Below are positions 9,604 to 20,254 of a stretch of 64,000 nt of DNA, piece by piece. Every line of letters starts with the position of its first letter. Position 1 is the stretch's first letter. The stretch spans positions 41,080 to 105,079 of the forward strand of contig PKUH01000110.1 in NCBI GenBank assembly GCA_002869615.1, in the 5' to 3' direction. Below the pieces are notes generated by a model. It had not been told where the DNA came from. It saw nothing but the letters and a program-made list of their open reading frames with translations, and ran no database searches. Source of the stretch: Desulfuromonas sp. (GTDB taxonomy: Bacteria > Desulfobacterota > Desulfuromonadia > Desulfuromonadales > UBA2294). A program made the position numbers and the translations under genes.

Positions 9604-10920
9604 TCAAGATTGGTTGTCTTCGAGCTCATCGTTTTCTGCCGCTTCATCGGAGTCGGGCGGAGCCAGATCGAACAAGGCCCGAACCGCATCGACGTAGGCA
9701 TCGCCGGACGAATCATCCTCACTCTGCTTAAGCATCGAGATCGGTTGATGTAAAAGCTTGTTGATAATCGCCGAGGTCATCGCCTCGATTGATTTCTGTT
9801 CCTTTTTGCCGATGCCGTTGAGGCGGCCCAGGGTTTTTTCAATTTCAGCCTTCCGGACCTCTTCAAACTTCTTGCGCAGCGCAACAATGGTCGGGACGAC
9901 ATCGAGGGTTCCGAGCCAACGGTAGAACTGGCCAATTTCCTGGTCGATGATTGCCTCGGCTTTTTTCGCCTCTTTCTGCCGTTCCTTGAGGTTGGCCTGC
10001 ACCACCTCCTGCAGATCATCAACATCATAGAGGTAGATATTGGCAATGTCGTTGACCTTTGGCTCAATATCACGCGGCACGGCAATATCAATCAGGAACA
10101 TAGGTCGATTCTTCCGTTTTTTGATGACCTCTTCCATTTTCTTGTGCCCGAGGATGAAATTCGGAGCCCCGGTCGAGGTCAGAACGATATCGGCCTGATG
10201 AAGATACTCGGTAAAATCCTCAAACGGGACCGGCCGACCGTTGAATTCTACGGCGAGTTTTTCGGCCCGCTCAAAGGTCCGGTTGGTAACCATAACCGAT
10301 GAGACACCGTTGTTGATGAAATGTCGCGCCGCCAGTTCACACATTTCACCGGCTCCGATCAGCATGACCGTCTTGTTGTCGAGTGTTCCGAAAATCTTGC
10401 GGGCCAGTTCAACTGCGGCAAAAGAGACCGATACGGCGTTACTGGCGATGTCGGTTTCGGTCCGGACCCTTTTGGCAACGGAAAAAGCCTTGTGCAGAAA
10501 CCGATTGAGGATCAGGCCGGCGGTCTTGAATTCCGAGGCATGGCCATAAGCGGTCTTGATCTGACCGAGGATCTGTGGTTCACCGAGAACCATCGAATCG
10601 AGGCTCGAGGCAACCCGGAAAACATGGCGGATCGCTTCTTCACCCTGGTAATCATAAAGATGGTCTTCCAGTGCGTCGGCCTCAAGTTGGTGAAACTCGG
10701 CCATGAAGCGCCTGAGTTGAATAACACAGCTTTCGACATCGCGGCTGGTCGCATAAATCTCGACCCGGTTGCAGGTCGAGACAATGACCGCCTCGGCAAC
10801 CGTGCTGAGGCCAACAACCTGATGCAGCGGTTCCTGCATGGCGGTCGGAGCGAACGCGACTTTTTCGCGTATATCTACCGGGGCGGTTTTATGACTGAGC
10901 CCCACGACAATGATATTCAT
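9604..10920 (-). CDS. hemA: glutamyl-tRNA reductase
   Basis: [32 protein letters not shown], and the NADPH-binding LIGAGEM motif. Confidence 0.93.
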   Translation of the reverse strand: MNIIVVGLSHKTAPVDIREKVAFAPTAMQEPLHQVVGLSTVAEAVIVSTCNRVEIYATSRDVESCVIQLRRFMAEFHQLEADALEDHLYDYQGEEAIRHVFRVASSLDSMVLGEPQILGQIKTAYGHASEFKTAGLILNRFLHKAFSVAKRVRTETDIASNAVSVSFAAVELARKIFGTLDNKTVMLIGAGEMCELAARHFINNGVSSVMVTNRTFERAEKLAVEFNGRPVPFEDFTEYLHQADIVLTSTGAPNFILGHKKMEEVIKKRKNRPMFLIDIAVPRDIEPKVNDIANIYLYDVDDLQEVVQANLKERQKEAKKAEAIIDQEIGQFYRWLGTLDVVPTIVALRKKFEEVRKAEIEKTLGRLNGIGKKEQKSIEAMTSAIINKLLHQPISMLKQSEDDSSGDAYVDAVRALFDLAPPDSDEAAENDELEDNQS

Positions 10921-10946
10921 ACAATCAAATCCGGATCGCGCCAGGG

Positions 10947-11786
10947 CTACTGCAGGCCCTGAATCGCCTTGAAACTGTGTTCAGCTGACATCAGAAGGTT
11001 GACCGCCAGCAGAGAAAAGACCAAACATGCAAAACCGATAATGGCGAAGAGCGCTGCCCGCCGCCCACGCCAGCCGATGGTTAATCGACCATGCAACAGT
11101 GCCGCGTAGAGGAACCAGGTGATCAGGGCCCAGGTTTCCTTCGGATCCCAGCGCCAGTATCCGCCCCATGCCTGGTTGGCCCAGACCGCACCGGAGATGA
11201 TTCCCATTGTCATCAGCGGGAAACCGAAAGTCAGGCAACGGTAATTAATCGTATCGAGGACCTCGAGTGACGGCAGTCGATGATACAGACTCGAGATTTT
11301 TTTACTCTTCAGGACCCTCTCCTGCAGCAGGTAAATCACCCCGGCAATAGCGGCCAGGGAAAACACGGCATAACCGAGAAAGGCGAGACTGACATGAATC
11401 GGAAACCACCAGCTGTCGAGCATCGGATTCGGGGCCGTCACGGCCTTCGGTACAGCCGAGCCGATAATCATCAGCACAACCGCAAGCGGGCCGACAAAAG
11501 CACCGAGGATTGCCAGTCGATAACGAAAGTCAAACAGGAAATAGATTCCGACCACGGTCCAGGCAAAGAAGGAAAGGGCTTCATGCAGATTGGCTACCGG
11601 AGTCTGGCCAGCTTCAAAATAACGGACCCCCAGAGTGACCAGGTGAACCAAAAAACCACCGGCAAGGACCCATCGCGCCGCCTTGCCGAACTTTTCGCGG
11701 CGGGACAGAACATCAAGCAGGAAAAAAACTGTCGCTACAAAATAGAACAACAGCGCGATTTTGAATAACAGGATATTGGAACTCAT
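10947..11786 (-). CDS. cytochrome c assembly protein, CcsA/HemX-like (in hemA operon)
   Basis: Polytopic membrane protein with the Trp-rich motif [18 protein letters not shown] characteristic of the CcsA/CcmC/CcmF family. Confidence 0.8.
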   Translation of the reverse strand: MSSNILLFKIALLFYFVATVFFLLDVLSRREKFGKAARWVLAGGFLVHLVTLGVRYFEAGQTPVANLHEALSFFAWTVVGIYFLFDFRYRLAILGAFVGPLAVVLMIIGSAVPKAVTAPNPMLDSWWFPIHVSLAFLGYAVFSLAAIAGVIYLLQERVLKSKKISSLYHRLPSLEVLDTINYRCLTFGFPLMTMGIISGAVWANQAWGGYWRWDPKETWALITWFLYAALLHGRLTIGWRGRRAALFAIIGFACLVFSLLAVNLLMSAEHSFKAIQGLQ

Positions 11787-12451
11787 GGCGAATCCTTTGG
11801 CAGGCTGATTCCGAGATCAGCCAGCGAATAGCCGTTGCCGAATTCCGCAGTCACCAGCTGATCGACCCCGGATGAATCAAAGTTCTCAATCATTGTCAGA
11901 ATCCCACCGCTGACAAGATTTTGCAAAACCTGTTGATTGTACGCGGCTTTATGATCTGATGTCAACAGCCTGGCCCGCAGTTCACCGGCAATCTCAAGGA
12001 AGATTTGCCAGGCATCCGGGAGCAGGATTTCGACTTCGTCTCTGACCATGGCGGCTATCGCCGGCGAAACACCGCCGCTCGAGACAGCGATCGACAAGTT
12101 CCCCCGGCTGAAACTGGCCGGGACCGTAAAATCGCTCGCCGCCGGATCATCGGCAACATTCACCGGGATGCCCAGGGCGCGGGCGGCTTCGGCGACCGCC
12201 CGGTTGACCTGCTGATTGTTGGTGGCGGCAAAAACGAGACTGGCACCATCCAGATCATACTGCCGGAAAGCACGGTTAATCATCGTGGCTCCGGCAGGGG
12301 TATCAACCCGGTCCCGGGCAGGATCGATCAGAATGACGTCGGCCGATACTTCACATAATCGGCGGGCCTTACGCAAACCGACCGGGCCGGCACCGACCAC
12401 CACGCAGCGTTTGCCGGCGAGCTGCAGTACCACGGGATAATCAGATACCAA
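11783..12451 (-). CDS. precorrin-2 dehydrogenase / sirohydrochlorin ferrochelatase (SirC / CysG N-domain-like)
   Basis: Rossmann motif KRCVVVGAGPVGLRKARRL. I place the start at TTG 12451-12449, 7 nt after a GGAG. The 357-aa listed ORF has a non-homologous N-terminal extension that overlaps the SIS gene. Confidence 0.7.
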   Translation of the reverse strand: MVSDYPVVLQLAGKRCVVVGAGPVGLRKARRLCEVSADVILIDPARDRVDTPAGATMINRAFRQYDLDGASLVFAATNNQQVNRAVAEAARALGIPVNVADDPAASDFTVPASFSRGNLSIAVSSGGVSPAIAAMVRDEVEILLPDAWQIFLEIAGELRARLLTSDHKAAYNQQVLQNLVSGGILTMIENFDSSGVDQLVTAEFGNGYSLADLGISLPKDSP

Positions 12452-13013
12452 AGAGTTCTCCTTCAACCAGTTCGCACAAAAGGCTTCCCAGAAAGACAGC
12501 CGCCTCGATGCCCCTGGCCTGGGAAACCTGGGGAAAGCAGAAGAGATAGTCCGGCTCGCCGTCGGCATTGTCGGTGCACAAACAAATATTGCCGACGGTG
12601 CACTCCAGCGAACGGGCAAACTGGATGGCCTCCCGGATCGCCGCATCGTGCCGTAAATCGTCAAACACCAGCAGGACATCTTCCGGCCGGGCCAGTGTCC
12701 GTAACTGTCGGACAAAATACTGGTCACTCTGGCCGTCGCTGGCAAGCGCGGTACCGAGAACGGCATTCTGGCAAAGGGAAATCGCCGGGAGCATCGGCCG
12801 ATCAATTGAAAGCCGGTGACTGAACAGGTTGGCAACAAGATTAGCCACGGCGCCAAGGGTTCCGCTGCCGACGACGATCAGGCGGCCATCATTGTTGAAC
12901 GATTTGACGACATCCCTGGCAAACGCCTGAAAGGATTCGGCATGGGTTACCAGAATTTCGTTTAGCAGCACTTTCTGGTCTTCGGCCGCCCGGACCACCT
13001 TGTCATGAATCAT
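12441..13013 (-). CDS. SIS-domain protein (GmhA/DiaA-like)
   Basis: GRLIVVGSGTLGAVANLVA and the downstream layout are typical of SIS phosphosugar-binding domains. Confidence 0.65.
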   Translation of the reverse strand: MIHDKVVRAAEDQKVLLNEILVTHAESFQAFARDVVKSFNNDGRLIVVGSGTLGAVANLVANLFSHRLSIDRPMLPAISLCQNAVLGTALASDGQSDQYFVRQLRTLARPEDVLLVFDDLRHDAAIREAIQFARSLECTVGNICLCTDNADGEPDYLFCFPQVSQARGIEAAVFLGSLLCELVEGELFGI

Positions 13014-13106
13014 AAAACCCCCGTATTGTTCGCATTTCAGGCATGATATGAACCCGGCACCGCCATGTCAAGGCGAGCGTCAGAATTATACCGAAATATT
13101 TAATTC

Positions 13107-13134
13107 TTGATTTTTTTCAGCTGTAATCTATGAT
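13107..13134 (+). promoter_or_regulatory. candidate sigma-70 promoter for trxA
   Basis: TTGATT (13107-13112), 16-nt spacer, TATGAT (13129-13134), about 50 nt upstream of the trxA ATG. Confidence 0.35.
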
Positions 13135-13184
13135 GACAGCACAGGTAACAATAAATTATGTGCAGTAGGTTAAAGGAGAGAAAA

Positions 13185-13514
13185 ATGGCAAGCGACAATG
13201 TTGTACAACTTTCGGATGATGCATTTGAAGCGGATGTTCTGCAATCCTCGGTACCGGTTCTGGTTGATTTCTGGGCCTCATGGTGCGCACCCTGCAAAGC
13301 GATCAGCCCGGTAGTTGACGAACTGGCCGAAGAGTACGATGGCCAGATCAAGATCGGCAAGCTGAACGTTGATGAGAACCCGGCAACACCGGGACAGTTC
13401 GGTGTCCGCGGCATTCCGACCCTGATCCTGTTCAAGGACGGTCAGGTCGTCGACCAGGTGGTTGGTGCCGTTCCGAAGAACCAGCTCGAGGGACTGATCA
13501 AAAAGGCGCTGTAA
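13185..13514 (+). CDS. trxA: thioredoxin
   Basis: Active site WCAPC in the context VDFWASWCAPCK, with GIRGIPTLILFKDG. ATG 13185 is preceded by AAGGAGAG. The listed ORF start at 13158 is an upstream extension. Confidence 0.9.
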   Translation: MASDNVVQLSDDAFEADVLQSSVPVLVDFWASWCAPCKAISPVVDELAEEYDGQIKIGKLNVDENPATPGQFGVRGIPTLILFKDGQVVDQVVGAVPKNQLEGLIKKAL

Positions 13515-13540
13515 ACTACATCCAAAATACAAAATATGAG

Positions 13541-13570
13541 AGGCCCGCTCCATGGAGCGGGCCTTTTTAT
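13541..13570 (+). terminator. rho-independent terminator of trxA
   Basis: GGCCCGCTCC-AT-GGAGCGGGCC followed by TTTTTATTTT. Confidence 0.8.
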
Positions 13571-13588
13571 TTTGAAAAATATGCCGCC

Positions 13589-13780
13589 AGACCACCAAGG
13601 AAAGGCAGTAACTCTCTAACGGAGAGCCGGAGAGATGGAGAGTAAACGGGACAATCGGCCCCAAGCAAAGGGGCAATGCTCACCTGCTTTTATCGGTTTT
13701 GTCCTTCTCTGCGTCTTTGCGCCTCTCCGTTAAAACAGGTTTCGGGGTTGTTGCTCTTCGTGACCTTGGTGTCTTGGTGG
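13589..13780. repeat. Family-1 long palindromic (MITE-like) intergenic element, copy A
   Basis: Shares with 16279-16473 the CAC(C/G)AAG iterated termini (CCACCAAG... / ...CTTCGTGACCTTGGTGTCTTGGTGGC). Also shares the inverted inner boxes TAACGGAGAGNNGGAGAG / CTCTCCGTTAAAA. Confidence 0.75.
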
Positions 13781-13798
13781 CAAACAGGATCTTCACTG

Positions 13799-14305
13799 TT
13801 ATTCATCCGCATCACGCAGGCGACGGAAGATCTCCCGGTAGGCTCTCTTGTCGCCACCATGCCGGACCGACCTGACCAGCCTTTGCAGCGCCTTGCGATC
13901 GACTGACGGAAACCGGTCGGCAACGATGTTGAGCGCCTCTTCATGTCCGTCCTCTGAACAGAGCTGCTCGCGCAGTTTTTCCAGATCGTGCTGCGCCGTC
14001 GTTTCCTGACCATGCTGCAGGTCAAACCGGTTCAGTGCCTCCTCCAGCGCTTGCCGCGCTCCATCATCACGCCGGAGCAGGCCGGCAAAATGTTTCAGGG
14101 AACGTTTGCGTGAACTATGCCCTTTGGTCTGGCGTACTTCAAGCAACTCATCCCGGAGTTCGTCCTCGAGAGGCAGGTTCGGCAATTCGGCTTCCGGAAG
14201 CGCAACCAGCCGCTCGGCGATCTTTTCAATAGCCTTGGCCTCCCGCTTCTTGGCTGACCGACCGCGGCCTTCGCTCCGCGGTTCTTCTTCGTAGTATTCA
14301 TCCAT
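13799..14305 (-). CDS. darP: ribosome-associated protein YjgA/DarP (DUF615)
   Basis: Collinear similarity to E. coli YjgA: a charged N-terminus, then KKREAKAIEKIAERL...PL.DELR..L......SSRKR..K.....LR. Confidence 0.7.
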   Translation of the reverse strand: MDEYYEEEPRSEGRGRSAKKREAKAIEKIAERLVALPEAELPNLPLEDELRDELLEVRQTKGHSSRKRSLKHFAGLLRRDDGARQALEEALNRFDLQHGQETTAQHDLEKLREQLCSEDGHEEALNIVADRFPSVDRKALQRLVRSVRHGGDKRAYREIFRRLRDADE

Positions 14306-14754
14306 CAGAATTCTTTTCGGCTGTCGAGCAGCATAGTGACCGGCCCATCGTTGACCAGTTGTACTTTCATCTCGGCCCGGAAAACCCCGGTCGCGACGTC
14401 AAGATCGAGGTTGTGCAGGCAGGAGACAAAATATTCGTAGAGGCTGTTCGCCCGCTCCGGCGGGGCCGCCGCACTGAAGCCGGGGCGCCGCCCCTTGCGG
14501 CAATCGCCGTAGAGCGTAAATTGCGAGATCGCCAGTATCGACCCGCCAACATCCGCAACCGCCAGATTCATCTTGCCGTCTGCATCTTCAAATATCCGCA
14601 AACCGGAAATCTTGTCGGCAAGATAAAGAGCATCCTGCTCACTATCCTCCCGGCCGACTCCGAGCAGCACCAACAGCCCCCGGCCAATAGAACCGACAAC
14701 CTTCCCGTCGACCTCGACCGCAGAGGAGGTCACCCGCTGGACAACCGCCCTCAC
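14305..14754 (-). CDS. dtd: D-aminoacyl-tRNA deacylase
   Basis: (M)RAVVQRV..., LLVLLGV and SQFTLYGD motifs. A GTG start at 14754 overlaps the nfo stop (GTGA). The listed ORF start at 14796 is an extension. Confidence 0.88.
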   Translation of the reverse strand: MRAVVQRVTSSAVEVDGKVVGSIGRGLLVLLGVGREDSEQDALYLADKISGLRIFEDADGKMNLAVADVGGSILAISQFTLYGDCRKGRRPGFSAAAPPERANSLYEYFVSCLHNLDLDVATGVFRAEMKVQLVNDGPVTMLLDSRKEF

Positions 14755-15608
14755 CCGGCAAGCTCCCGCAACAGGGCCAGGTTCTTGAGATCCCACTCGT
14801 TGTCATCCCCCTTCGGAGTCTCGAGAATTTTCGGCACGTCGTGAAAACGGGAATCCCGCATCAGGGCGCGAAAACCGTCACGACCGATAAAGCCCTCACC
14901 GAGCTGCTCATGCCGGTCGACCCGGGAAGCGAGCGGTTTTTTGGCGTCATTGACATGAAAGGCCCTGATCAGCTCAACCCCGATCAGGCGATCGAACTCG
15001 GCCATCACCTCGGCAAAACCCTCCTCGCTCGACAAATCATAGCCGGCGGCAAAAGCATGGCAGGTGTCGAAGCAGACCCCGAACCGCCCGTCCGGCACGC
15101 CTTCGAGAATGGTCGCCAGATGCTCGAACCGCCAGCCGAGATTGGTCCCCTGCCCGGCCGTGTTTTCAATCAGCACCATGACATCATCCGGTGTTTCGAC
15201 AAAGATCTCCTTAAAGGCGGTACAGACCTTTTCCAGACCGGCCTCTTCCCCTTCACCGAGGTGCGAACCGGGATGCATGACCAGGCCCTCGATGCCGAGC
15301 TTCGAACAACGCTCGATCTCGTCGGCAAACGCTGCTTTCGATTTCGACCACTTGGTCTGGTCAGTCGCTGCCAGGTTGATCAGGTAGGTATCGTGAGCGA
15401 TGACCGGTCCGATCGGGCTCTTGTCCCGGGCCTCCCGGAATAATTGCGCGTCGTCATCACTGATCGGTTTGGCCTTCCACTGGCTGGCATTCTTGGTAAA
15501 AACCTGCATCGCCGTGCAACCGACCTCTTCGCCGCGCGGAAAGGCGAGATGCAGGCCGCCGGCAATTGACATATGCGCCCCGATCGGCTGACTGAATTGT
15601 TCACTCAT
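14751..15608 (-). CDS. nfo: deoxyribonuclease IV (endonuclease IV)
   Basis: [31 protein letters not shown] and HVNDAK motifs. Confidence 0.9.
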   Translation of the reverse strand: MSEQFSQPIGAHMSIAGGLHLAFPRGEEVGCTAMQVFTKNASQWKAKPISDDDAQLFREARDKSPIGPVIAHDTYLINLAATDQTKWSKSKAAFADEIERCSKLGIEGLVMHPGSHLGEGEEAGLEKVCTAFKEIFVETPDDVMVLIENTAGQGTNLGWRFEHLATILEGVPDGRFGVCFDTCHAFAAGYDLSSEEGFAEVMAEFDRLIGVELIRAFHVNDAKKPLASRVDRHEQLGEGFIGRDGFRALMRDSRFHDVPKILETPKGDDNEWDLKNLALLRELAG

Positions 15609-15623
15609 CTAATGCTGTCTCCT

Positions 15624-16259
15624 TCAGGCGGCAAGCCAGCCGCAAATAACCGAAGCGGCGGCGCTGGCAGTTTCGACGTGCGCATCAAAGCGTCTGTCCG
15701 GCTCCAGTTCGCGCACAAGAACGGTCTTCATTCCCATCTCCCTGGCCGTCAGCAGGTTCTCGATGGAATCTTCAACCATGACGCTCCGGTCCGGTTTACA
15801 ACCGACCTTGCGCATGACTTCACGATAAGAATCCGGAAATGGTTTCGGCTGATAGGCGGCAATCCGGATATCGAAAATCTCTTCGAATTGTTCGGCGATC
15901 CCGAGGCAGGCCAGTACCCGCTCGGCATGGGCCCGGGAGCCGTTGGTAAAGACATAACAGGGCGACTCGATCGCCGCCAGCCGATCGCACAATTCGGGGT
16001 CGGGCAGAATCCGTTCATGGACATTCACATCGTGCACGTAATCGAGATAATCCTCGGCATCGACTCCATGGTGCCGGATCAGCCCCTGCAGGGTCACGCC
16101 GTAATCGGCCCAGTAGCGACGCCGCAGGCCATCGACATCGGCCGGGGCGATCCCGACAATATCGGACATGTAGCGGTTGATCCGTACATCGATCAGCGAA
16201 AAAAGTTCGCGCTCCGGGTGGTAGAGCGTATTGTCGAGATCAAAAAGTATTGCGTCCAT
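15624..16259 (-). CDS. HAD-superfamily hydrolase (pyrimidine 5'-nucleotidase-like)
   Basis: Motif I FDLDNTLY, motif II FTNG, and the C-terminal VEDS acidic motif. Confidence 0.75.
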   Translation of the reverse strand: MDAILFDLDNTLYHPERELFSLIDVRINRYMSDIVGIAPADVDGLRRRYWADYGVTLQGLIRHHGVDAEDYLDYVHDVNVHERILPDPELCDRLAAIESPCYVFTNGSRAHAERVLACLGIAEQFEEIFDIRIAAYQPKPFPDSYREVMRKVGCKPDRSVMVEDSIENLLTAREMGMKTVLVRELEPDRRFDAHVETASAAASVICGWLAA

Positions 16260-16278
16260 AATTCGAAACCAAAGCAGG

Positions 16279-16473
16279 CCACCAAGTCACGAAGAGCACC
16301 AAGAAAATCAGAACCTTAAAATCTGGTTTAACGGAGAGTCGGAGAGACGCAGAGTGGAACAAAAATCAATTGTATCTTAATATCTGAAGTTGGCTTTCCT
16401 CTTTTCTCTCCAACTCTCCATCTCTCCGTTAAAAATTCTTGGCCTTTCTTGGTGTCCTTCGTGTCTTCGTGGC
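16279..16473. repeat. Family-1 long palindromic (MITE-like) intergenic element, copy B
   Basis: About 75-bp imperfect inverted arms: GCCACCAAGTCACGAAGAGCACCAAGAAA...TTTAACGGAGAGTCGGAGAG versus its reverse complement at the other end. It fills the whole HAD-HIT intergenic gap and ends at the HIT stop codon. Confidence 0.8.
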
Positions 16474-16892
16474 TAAATCTCTTTCAGCTTTTCCTTTATC
16501 TTCTCAATCCGCTTTTTATATTCGGCCGGCGACAAAAGCACCTCGTCATGCGGCTCGGCCCAGATCGGTTGCGGCCAGAGCGGGTCGGTTTCGAACCGGG
16601 GAACCAGGTGCCAGTGCATGTGCGGGACCATGTTGCCGAGCAGTTCGTAGTTCATTTTTGCCGGTTGAAAGATTTCGGCCAGCACCTCGGCCACCCGGTT
16701 GACTTCATCGATGATTGCGTGCCGCCGCGACGGGTCGAGGTGGAACAGTTCGGTGATGTGCTCCCTGGTGAAAACAAAACTGTACCCGGGAAAAAACTGG
16801 TCACGATTGAGCATGACATAGCTGTGCTCAAACTCGGCAATCCGCAACTCCGCTTCATCGTGCCATTTGTGGCACATCCGGCAGTCGTTCAT
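16473..16892 (-). CDS. HIT-family (histidine triad) protein
   Basis: Histidine triad HMHWHLVPR plus an N-terminal CxxC. Confidence 0.8.
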   Translation of the reverse strand: MNDCRMCHKWHDEAELRIAEFEHSYVMLNRDQFFPGYSFVFTREHITELFHLDPSRRHAIIDEVNRVAEVLAEIFQPAKMNYELLGNMVPHMHWHLVPRFETDPLWPQPIWAEPHDEVLLSPAEYKKRIEKIKEKLKEI

Positions 16893-17734
16893 CGCGGTGC
16901 GTACTCGCCACTGAATACTTCAACTGCCGGACCGGTCATCAGCACTGTCCCCGCTTCGGTCCATTCAAGCTCAAGATCACCACCGAGCAGATGGTTGATG
17001 ATTTTCCGTTCAGTCCGGCCGGTCAGGACGCCGGCGACCGTCACCGCCGAAGCGCCGGTGCCGCAGGCGAGAGTTTCCCCAGCGCCGCGTTCCCAGGTCC
17101 GTTGCCGGACTTCTGTCGCTGAAATAACTTCAACGAATTCGACATTGATTCTTTCTGGAAAAGTTTCGTGATTTTCGATGTATGGTCCGACGTCGGCCAC
17201 CGGAAAATGGTCGACATCATCGACATAGATGACACAATGCGGATTCCCCATCGAAACACAGGTCGCGTTAAAGGTTTCGCCAGCGACCCTGATTTCAAAA
17301 TTGACGGCCGATTCTTCTGCCGGCCCGGTCATCGGGATTTCATGACGCCTGGTTCGCGGCTCGCCCATGTTGACCTGGGCCTTTTCAACCAAGCCATCGG
17401 TTCCGATGAAGAGCTGTACCGGTAAAAGACCAGCACCCGTTTCGATCACCATCGTTTCCTTGCGCACCAGGTTATGGTCGAAGGAATACTTGGCAACACA
17501 ACGGATTCCGTTACCGCACATCTCGGCCTCGCTGCCATCGGAATTAAACATCCGCATCCGGACGTCGGCCTGATCTGACGGAAGGATCAAGATCAGCCCG
17601 TCGGACCCGATTCCGAAATTACGATCCGAGATCTCTTTGGCAAGTCGCGCCGGGTCGTCAATCTCCTGATCGAAACAGTCAATATAGACGTAGTCGTTAC
17701 CAGCCCCGTGCATCTTGGTAAATTGTATCGGCAT
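16889..17734 (-). CDS. dapF: diaminopimelate epimerase
   Basis: [15 protein letters not shown] and the two catalytic Cys contexts ([14 protein letters not shown]). I prefer the start at MPIQF (17734). The stop overlaps the HIT start. Confidence 0.9.
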   Translation of the reverse strand: MPIQFTKMHGAGNDYVYIDCFDQEIDDPARLAKEISDRNFGIGSDGLILILPSDQADVRMRMFNSDGSEAEMCGNGIRCVAKYSFDHNLVRKETMVIETGAGLLPVQLFIGTDGLVEKAQVNMGEPRTRRHEIPMTGPAEESAVNFEIRVAGETFNATCVSMGNPHCVIYVDDVDHFPVADVGPYIENHETFPERINVEFVEVISATEVRQRTWERGAGETLACGTGASAVTVAGVLTGRTERKIINHLLGGDLELEWTEAGTVLMTGPAVEVFSGEYAPR

Positions 17735-17863
17735 GTTATCCGGTCCTTTCTGCAATGTGCAATTATAAAGGCAAAAGACCGTCAATCACAACCGGTCATT
17801 CTCATGTGCAAATTTGCACTCTCGGTTTCGACTGCTACTCTTGTTAAAAGAGAGGAGGCCAAT

Positions 17864-18259
17864 ATGCCGCATCTGCAATTCGAACTGAATTTCACTCCTT
17901 CGCCGGAAGAGAAAAAACAATTTGCCGCCAAGGTGGTCAATAACTTTGCCACTATCATGGACACCGGCACCGACCATATCGGCATTACCTATCGCTGTTA
18001 CGACACCAACGATCTGGTGTTCGGCCGGGCCGAAAAACCTGAGGATGGGATCGCTTTTCTCAACGCCGATATCCGTCTCGGCCGAACCCGGGAGCAGAAA
18101 CGCCAGCTCGCCCTGGCCATTATGAGCGATCTGCACGCAACCTGTGGAGTCCCGACCGCCAGCATTTACATTATTTACACCGAGCATGACGGCCCGCATT
18201 TCCAGCTCGATGACCGGGAGCTCCCCTCATGGAGCGAAGGCGAAGATCCTCTCGAATAA
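17864..18259 (+). CDS. tautomerase-superfamily-like protein (Met-Pro N-terminus)
   Basis: ATG 17864 is preceded by GAGGAGG. The N-terminus MPHLQFEL gives Pro1 after Met removal, and the size of ~131 aa fits. The assignment is weak. Confidence 0.45.
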   Translation: MPHLQFELNFTPSPEEKKQFAAKVVNNFATIMDTGTDHIGITYRCYDTNDLVFGRAEKPEDGIAFLNADIRLGRTREQKRQLALAIMSDLHATCGVPTASIYIIYTEHDGPHFQLDDRELPSWSEGEDPLE

Positions 18260-18322
18260 TTTTGGACATCCGGCGTCAACCCCGCTATCATACTCATATC
18301 ATTAACAATCAGGAGCAGTAAC

Positions 18323-18547
18323 ATGGCATTTAATCTTAAAACCAAGCTCTGGCAGACCGGAGCGCTCGACTGGTGGGGAATGATCGGCAATGAAGACGTA
18401 TATCTCGGCAGCCGGGAATTCCCGCTTCCTCCGGAAGAGGGTGACACCTGGGTCGTCAAAAAAACCGGCGACCAGTTCAAGGTGATCGATGGAGCAATCG
18501 TCAAAACCGGAACCGTCGAGATCAGCCCGGAGCCATGGGAGGCATAA
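18323..18547 (+). CDS. small hypothetical protein (74 aa)
   Basis: AGGAG RBS upstream. The stop overlaps the next start (TAATG). No recognisable motif. Confidence 0.5.
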   Translation: MAFNLKTKLWQTGALDWWGMIGNEDVYLGSREFPLPPEEGDTWVVKKTGDQFKVIDGAIVKTGTVEISPEPWEA

Positions 18548-19161
18548 TGGACCTTGAAATTATCCAGATACCGGCCGGCGATGCCGATAATTTTTCTTAC
18601 CTCGTTTACTGCAAGGCAACCCGTGAAGGGCTTGCTATCGACCCCTCTTTCACACCGGAGCTTTTACTGGCTAAAGCGGCTGAGCAAGACGTTACCATCA
18701 AGATCCTCGGCAACACCCACGGTCATCGAGACCACATCTCCGGCAATGGCGAAATCCTCGAGGCAACCGGCGCCGAGCTGGCCGGCCATCCTGAGGACCT
18801 GCCGCAGGCCGATATCGCGCTCGAAGAAGGGAGCAAGCTTCATATCGGCAATGGGACGATCATGATCCTGCATACTCCCGGCCATACCCCCGGCTCGATT
18901 GTCTTTAAAACCGATAAGGCGATCATCACCGGCGACACCCTGTTCGTCTCGCGCTGCGGCAGGGCCGACCTGCCGGGAAGCAACGTCGAAGACCTTTACG
19001 AGAGCCTGCAGCGGTTACGGCAACTACCGACCGAGACGAAAGTTTTTCCGGGCCACGATTACGGACCGCAACCGTTCTCGACCATCGGCTGGGAACTGGA
19101 GAACAACGAGTTCCTCCGCTGCCCGGACCTCGAAAGCTTCATCAAGCTGAGAATGGGTTAA
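18547..19161 (+). CDS. MBL-fold metallo-hydrolase (glyoxalase II-like)
   Basis: HGHRDH (HxHxDH), HTPGHTPG, and the GHDY motif. Confidence 0.8.
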   Translation: MDLEIIQIPAGDADNFSYLVYCKATREGLAIDPSFTPELLLAKAAEQDVTIKILGNTHGHRDHISGNGEILEATGAELAGHPEDLPQADIALEEGSKLHIGNGTIMILHTPGHTPGSIVFKTDKAIITGDTLFVSRCGRADLPGSNVEDLYESLQRLRQLPTETKVFPGHDYGPQPFSTIGWELENNEFLRCPDLESFIKLRMG

Positions 19162-19164
19162 GCC

Positions 19165-19416
19165 ATGAGTAAAAAAAATTGCGACGCCAACATGCCGATT
19201 GCCATCACCCTTGAACCGGGCACTTACTTCCGCTGCGTCTGCGGCCGTTCACAGAACCTGCCGTTCTGCGACGGCGGGCACAGGCGCAGTGACGATCTGC
19301 CGATCCGCTTCGAGATCGCAGAGAAAAAGAAAGTCTATATCTGCAGTTGCTGCAAATCAAATAACCAGCCGTTCTGTGACCAGACCTGCGGAGTCGATTT
19401 ACCAGAGGAGAGATGA
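19165..19416 (+). CDS. CDGSH iron-sulfur domain protein (two CDGSH-type motifs)
   Basis: CVCGRSQNLPFCDGGH and CSCCKSNNQPFCDQTC. Confidence 0.8.
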   Translation: MSKKNCDANMPIAITLEPGTYFRCVCGRSQNLPFCDGGHRRSDDLPIRFEIAEKKKVYICSCCKSNNQPFCDQTCGVDLPEER

Positions 19417-19548
19417 GTTCGACCGCGCCGACCGGCAGGAATCAAAATCTTTTACCGGAACTCTCTTTTCTGCTATTATTCCCTCTCAAACCAATCATTT
19501 CAATTGCTTACCAATCCCGGAAAGCATTGGACAACACAAGGAGGGCCG

Positions 19549-20238
19549 ATGAAACGCCTACTATACCTGTTACTTCTCGCGAGTTTCGTTGCTTCGCTGA
19601 CCGGCTGCAAAACAACCGGCGCAACCAAGAGCATCAAGGAACTATCACAAATCAACAAAGTTGCGGTTGTTTCGCTTACAGTCAGTGATTGGGGCGGATC
19701 GGTCAAAGGTGGCGGCATCGGCAGCAACATGCATCAAACCATGCAAAATGCAACTGACAGCCTGTTGAACTACACCGAAAAAGAACTGGCCAAGCAGTTC
19801 AATGTAGCCAGGGCTTCGTCATTCATCGGTTCGAATGGGTATAAAAAACAGACTGAAGAACTGAGCTTGACCGCCTACGTCCCGAATGTGAAAGGTAAAC
19901 CTCTGGGGGTTTTCACACAAGACAGCCGCAGTCTGAAACGTGGTGACCTGGCGCCGGAAAAGGCCGCCGCCCTCTGTCAAAGTCTCGGTGTCGACGGGGT
20001 ATTTCTGATCTTCTCGGAATGGACTGTTGCCACCGGAAAATTGGTTCCGACAAACAAGGCCCTGACCAAAAACATTGTATCGCTCTGGGATGCCGCCGGG
20101 AAAAAAGTCTTTACCCGCCGGGTCGACAAAGTCGGCTCCAAGGTGCTGGGCAGTATGGGTTTCAAGGCTGTCACCCCGGAAACGATTCCGGAATGGACCA
20201 GCACCTACAAGCAATCGCTTATGCAGATTCTCAACTGA
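19549..20238 (+). CDS. lipoprotein of unknown function
   Basis: MKRLLYLLLLASFVASLTGC lipobox. GGAGGG RBS before ATG 19549. Confidence 0.65.
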   Translation: MKRLLYLLLLASFVASLTGCKTTGATKSIKELSQINKVAVVSLTVSDWGGSVKGGGIGSNMHQTMQNATDSLLNYTEKELAKQFNVARASSFIGSNGYKKQTEELSLTAYVPNVKGKPLGVFTQDSRSLKRGDLAPEKAAALCQSLGVDGVFLIFSEWTVATGKLVPTNKALTKNIVSLWDAAGKKVFTRRVDKVGSKVLGSMGFKAVTPETIPEWTSTYKQSLMQILN

Positions 20239-20254
20239 AGCTATTGATCGTATA

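Noticed and set aside
11783-12856. Long forms of three listed ORFs: 357 aa (11783-12856), 589 aa (36184-37953) and 262 aa (40282-41070).
   Set aside because: The N-terminal extensions overlap the upstream genes (SIS gene, glcD, dctP) in another frame. They are Arg/Ser/Pro-rich with no homology. Internal starts with RBS or coupling signals (TTG 12451, GTG 37485, ATG 40752) give proteins of canonical length.
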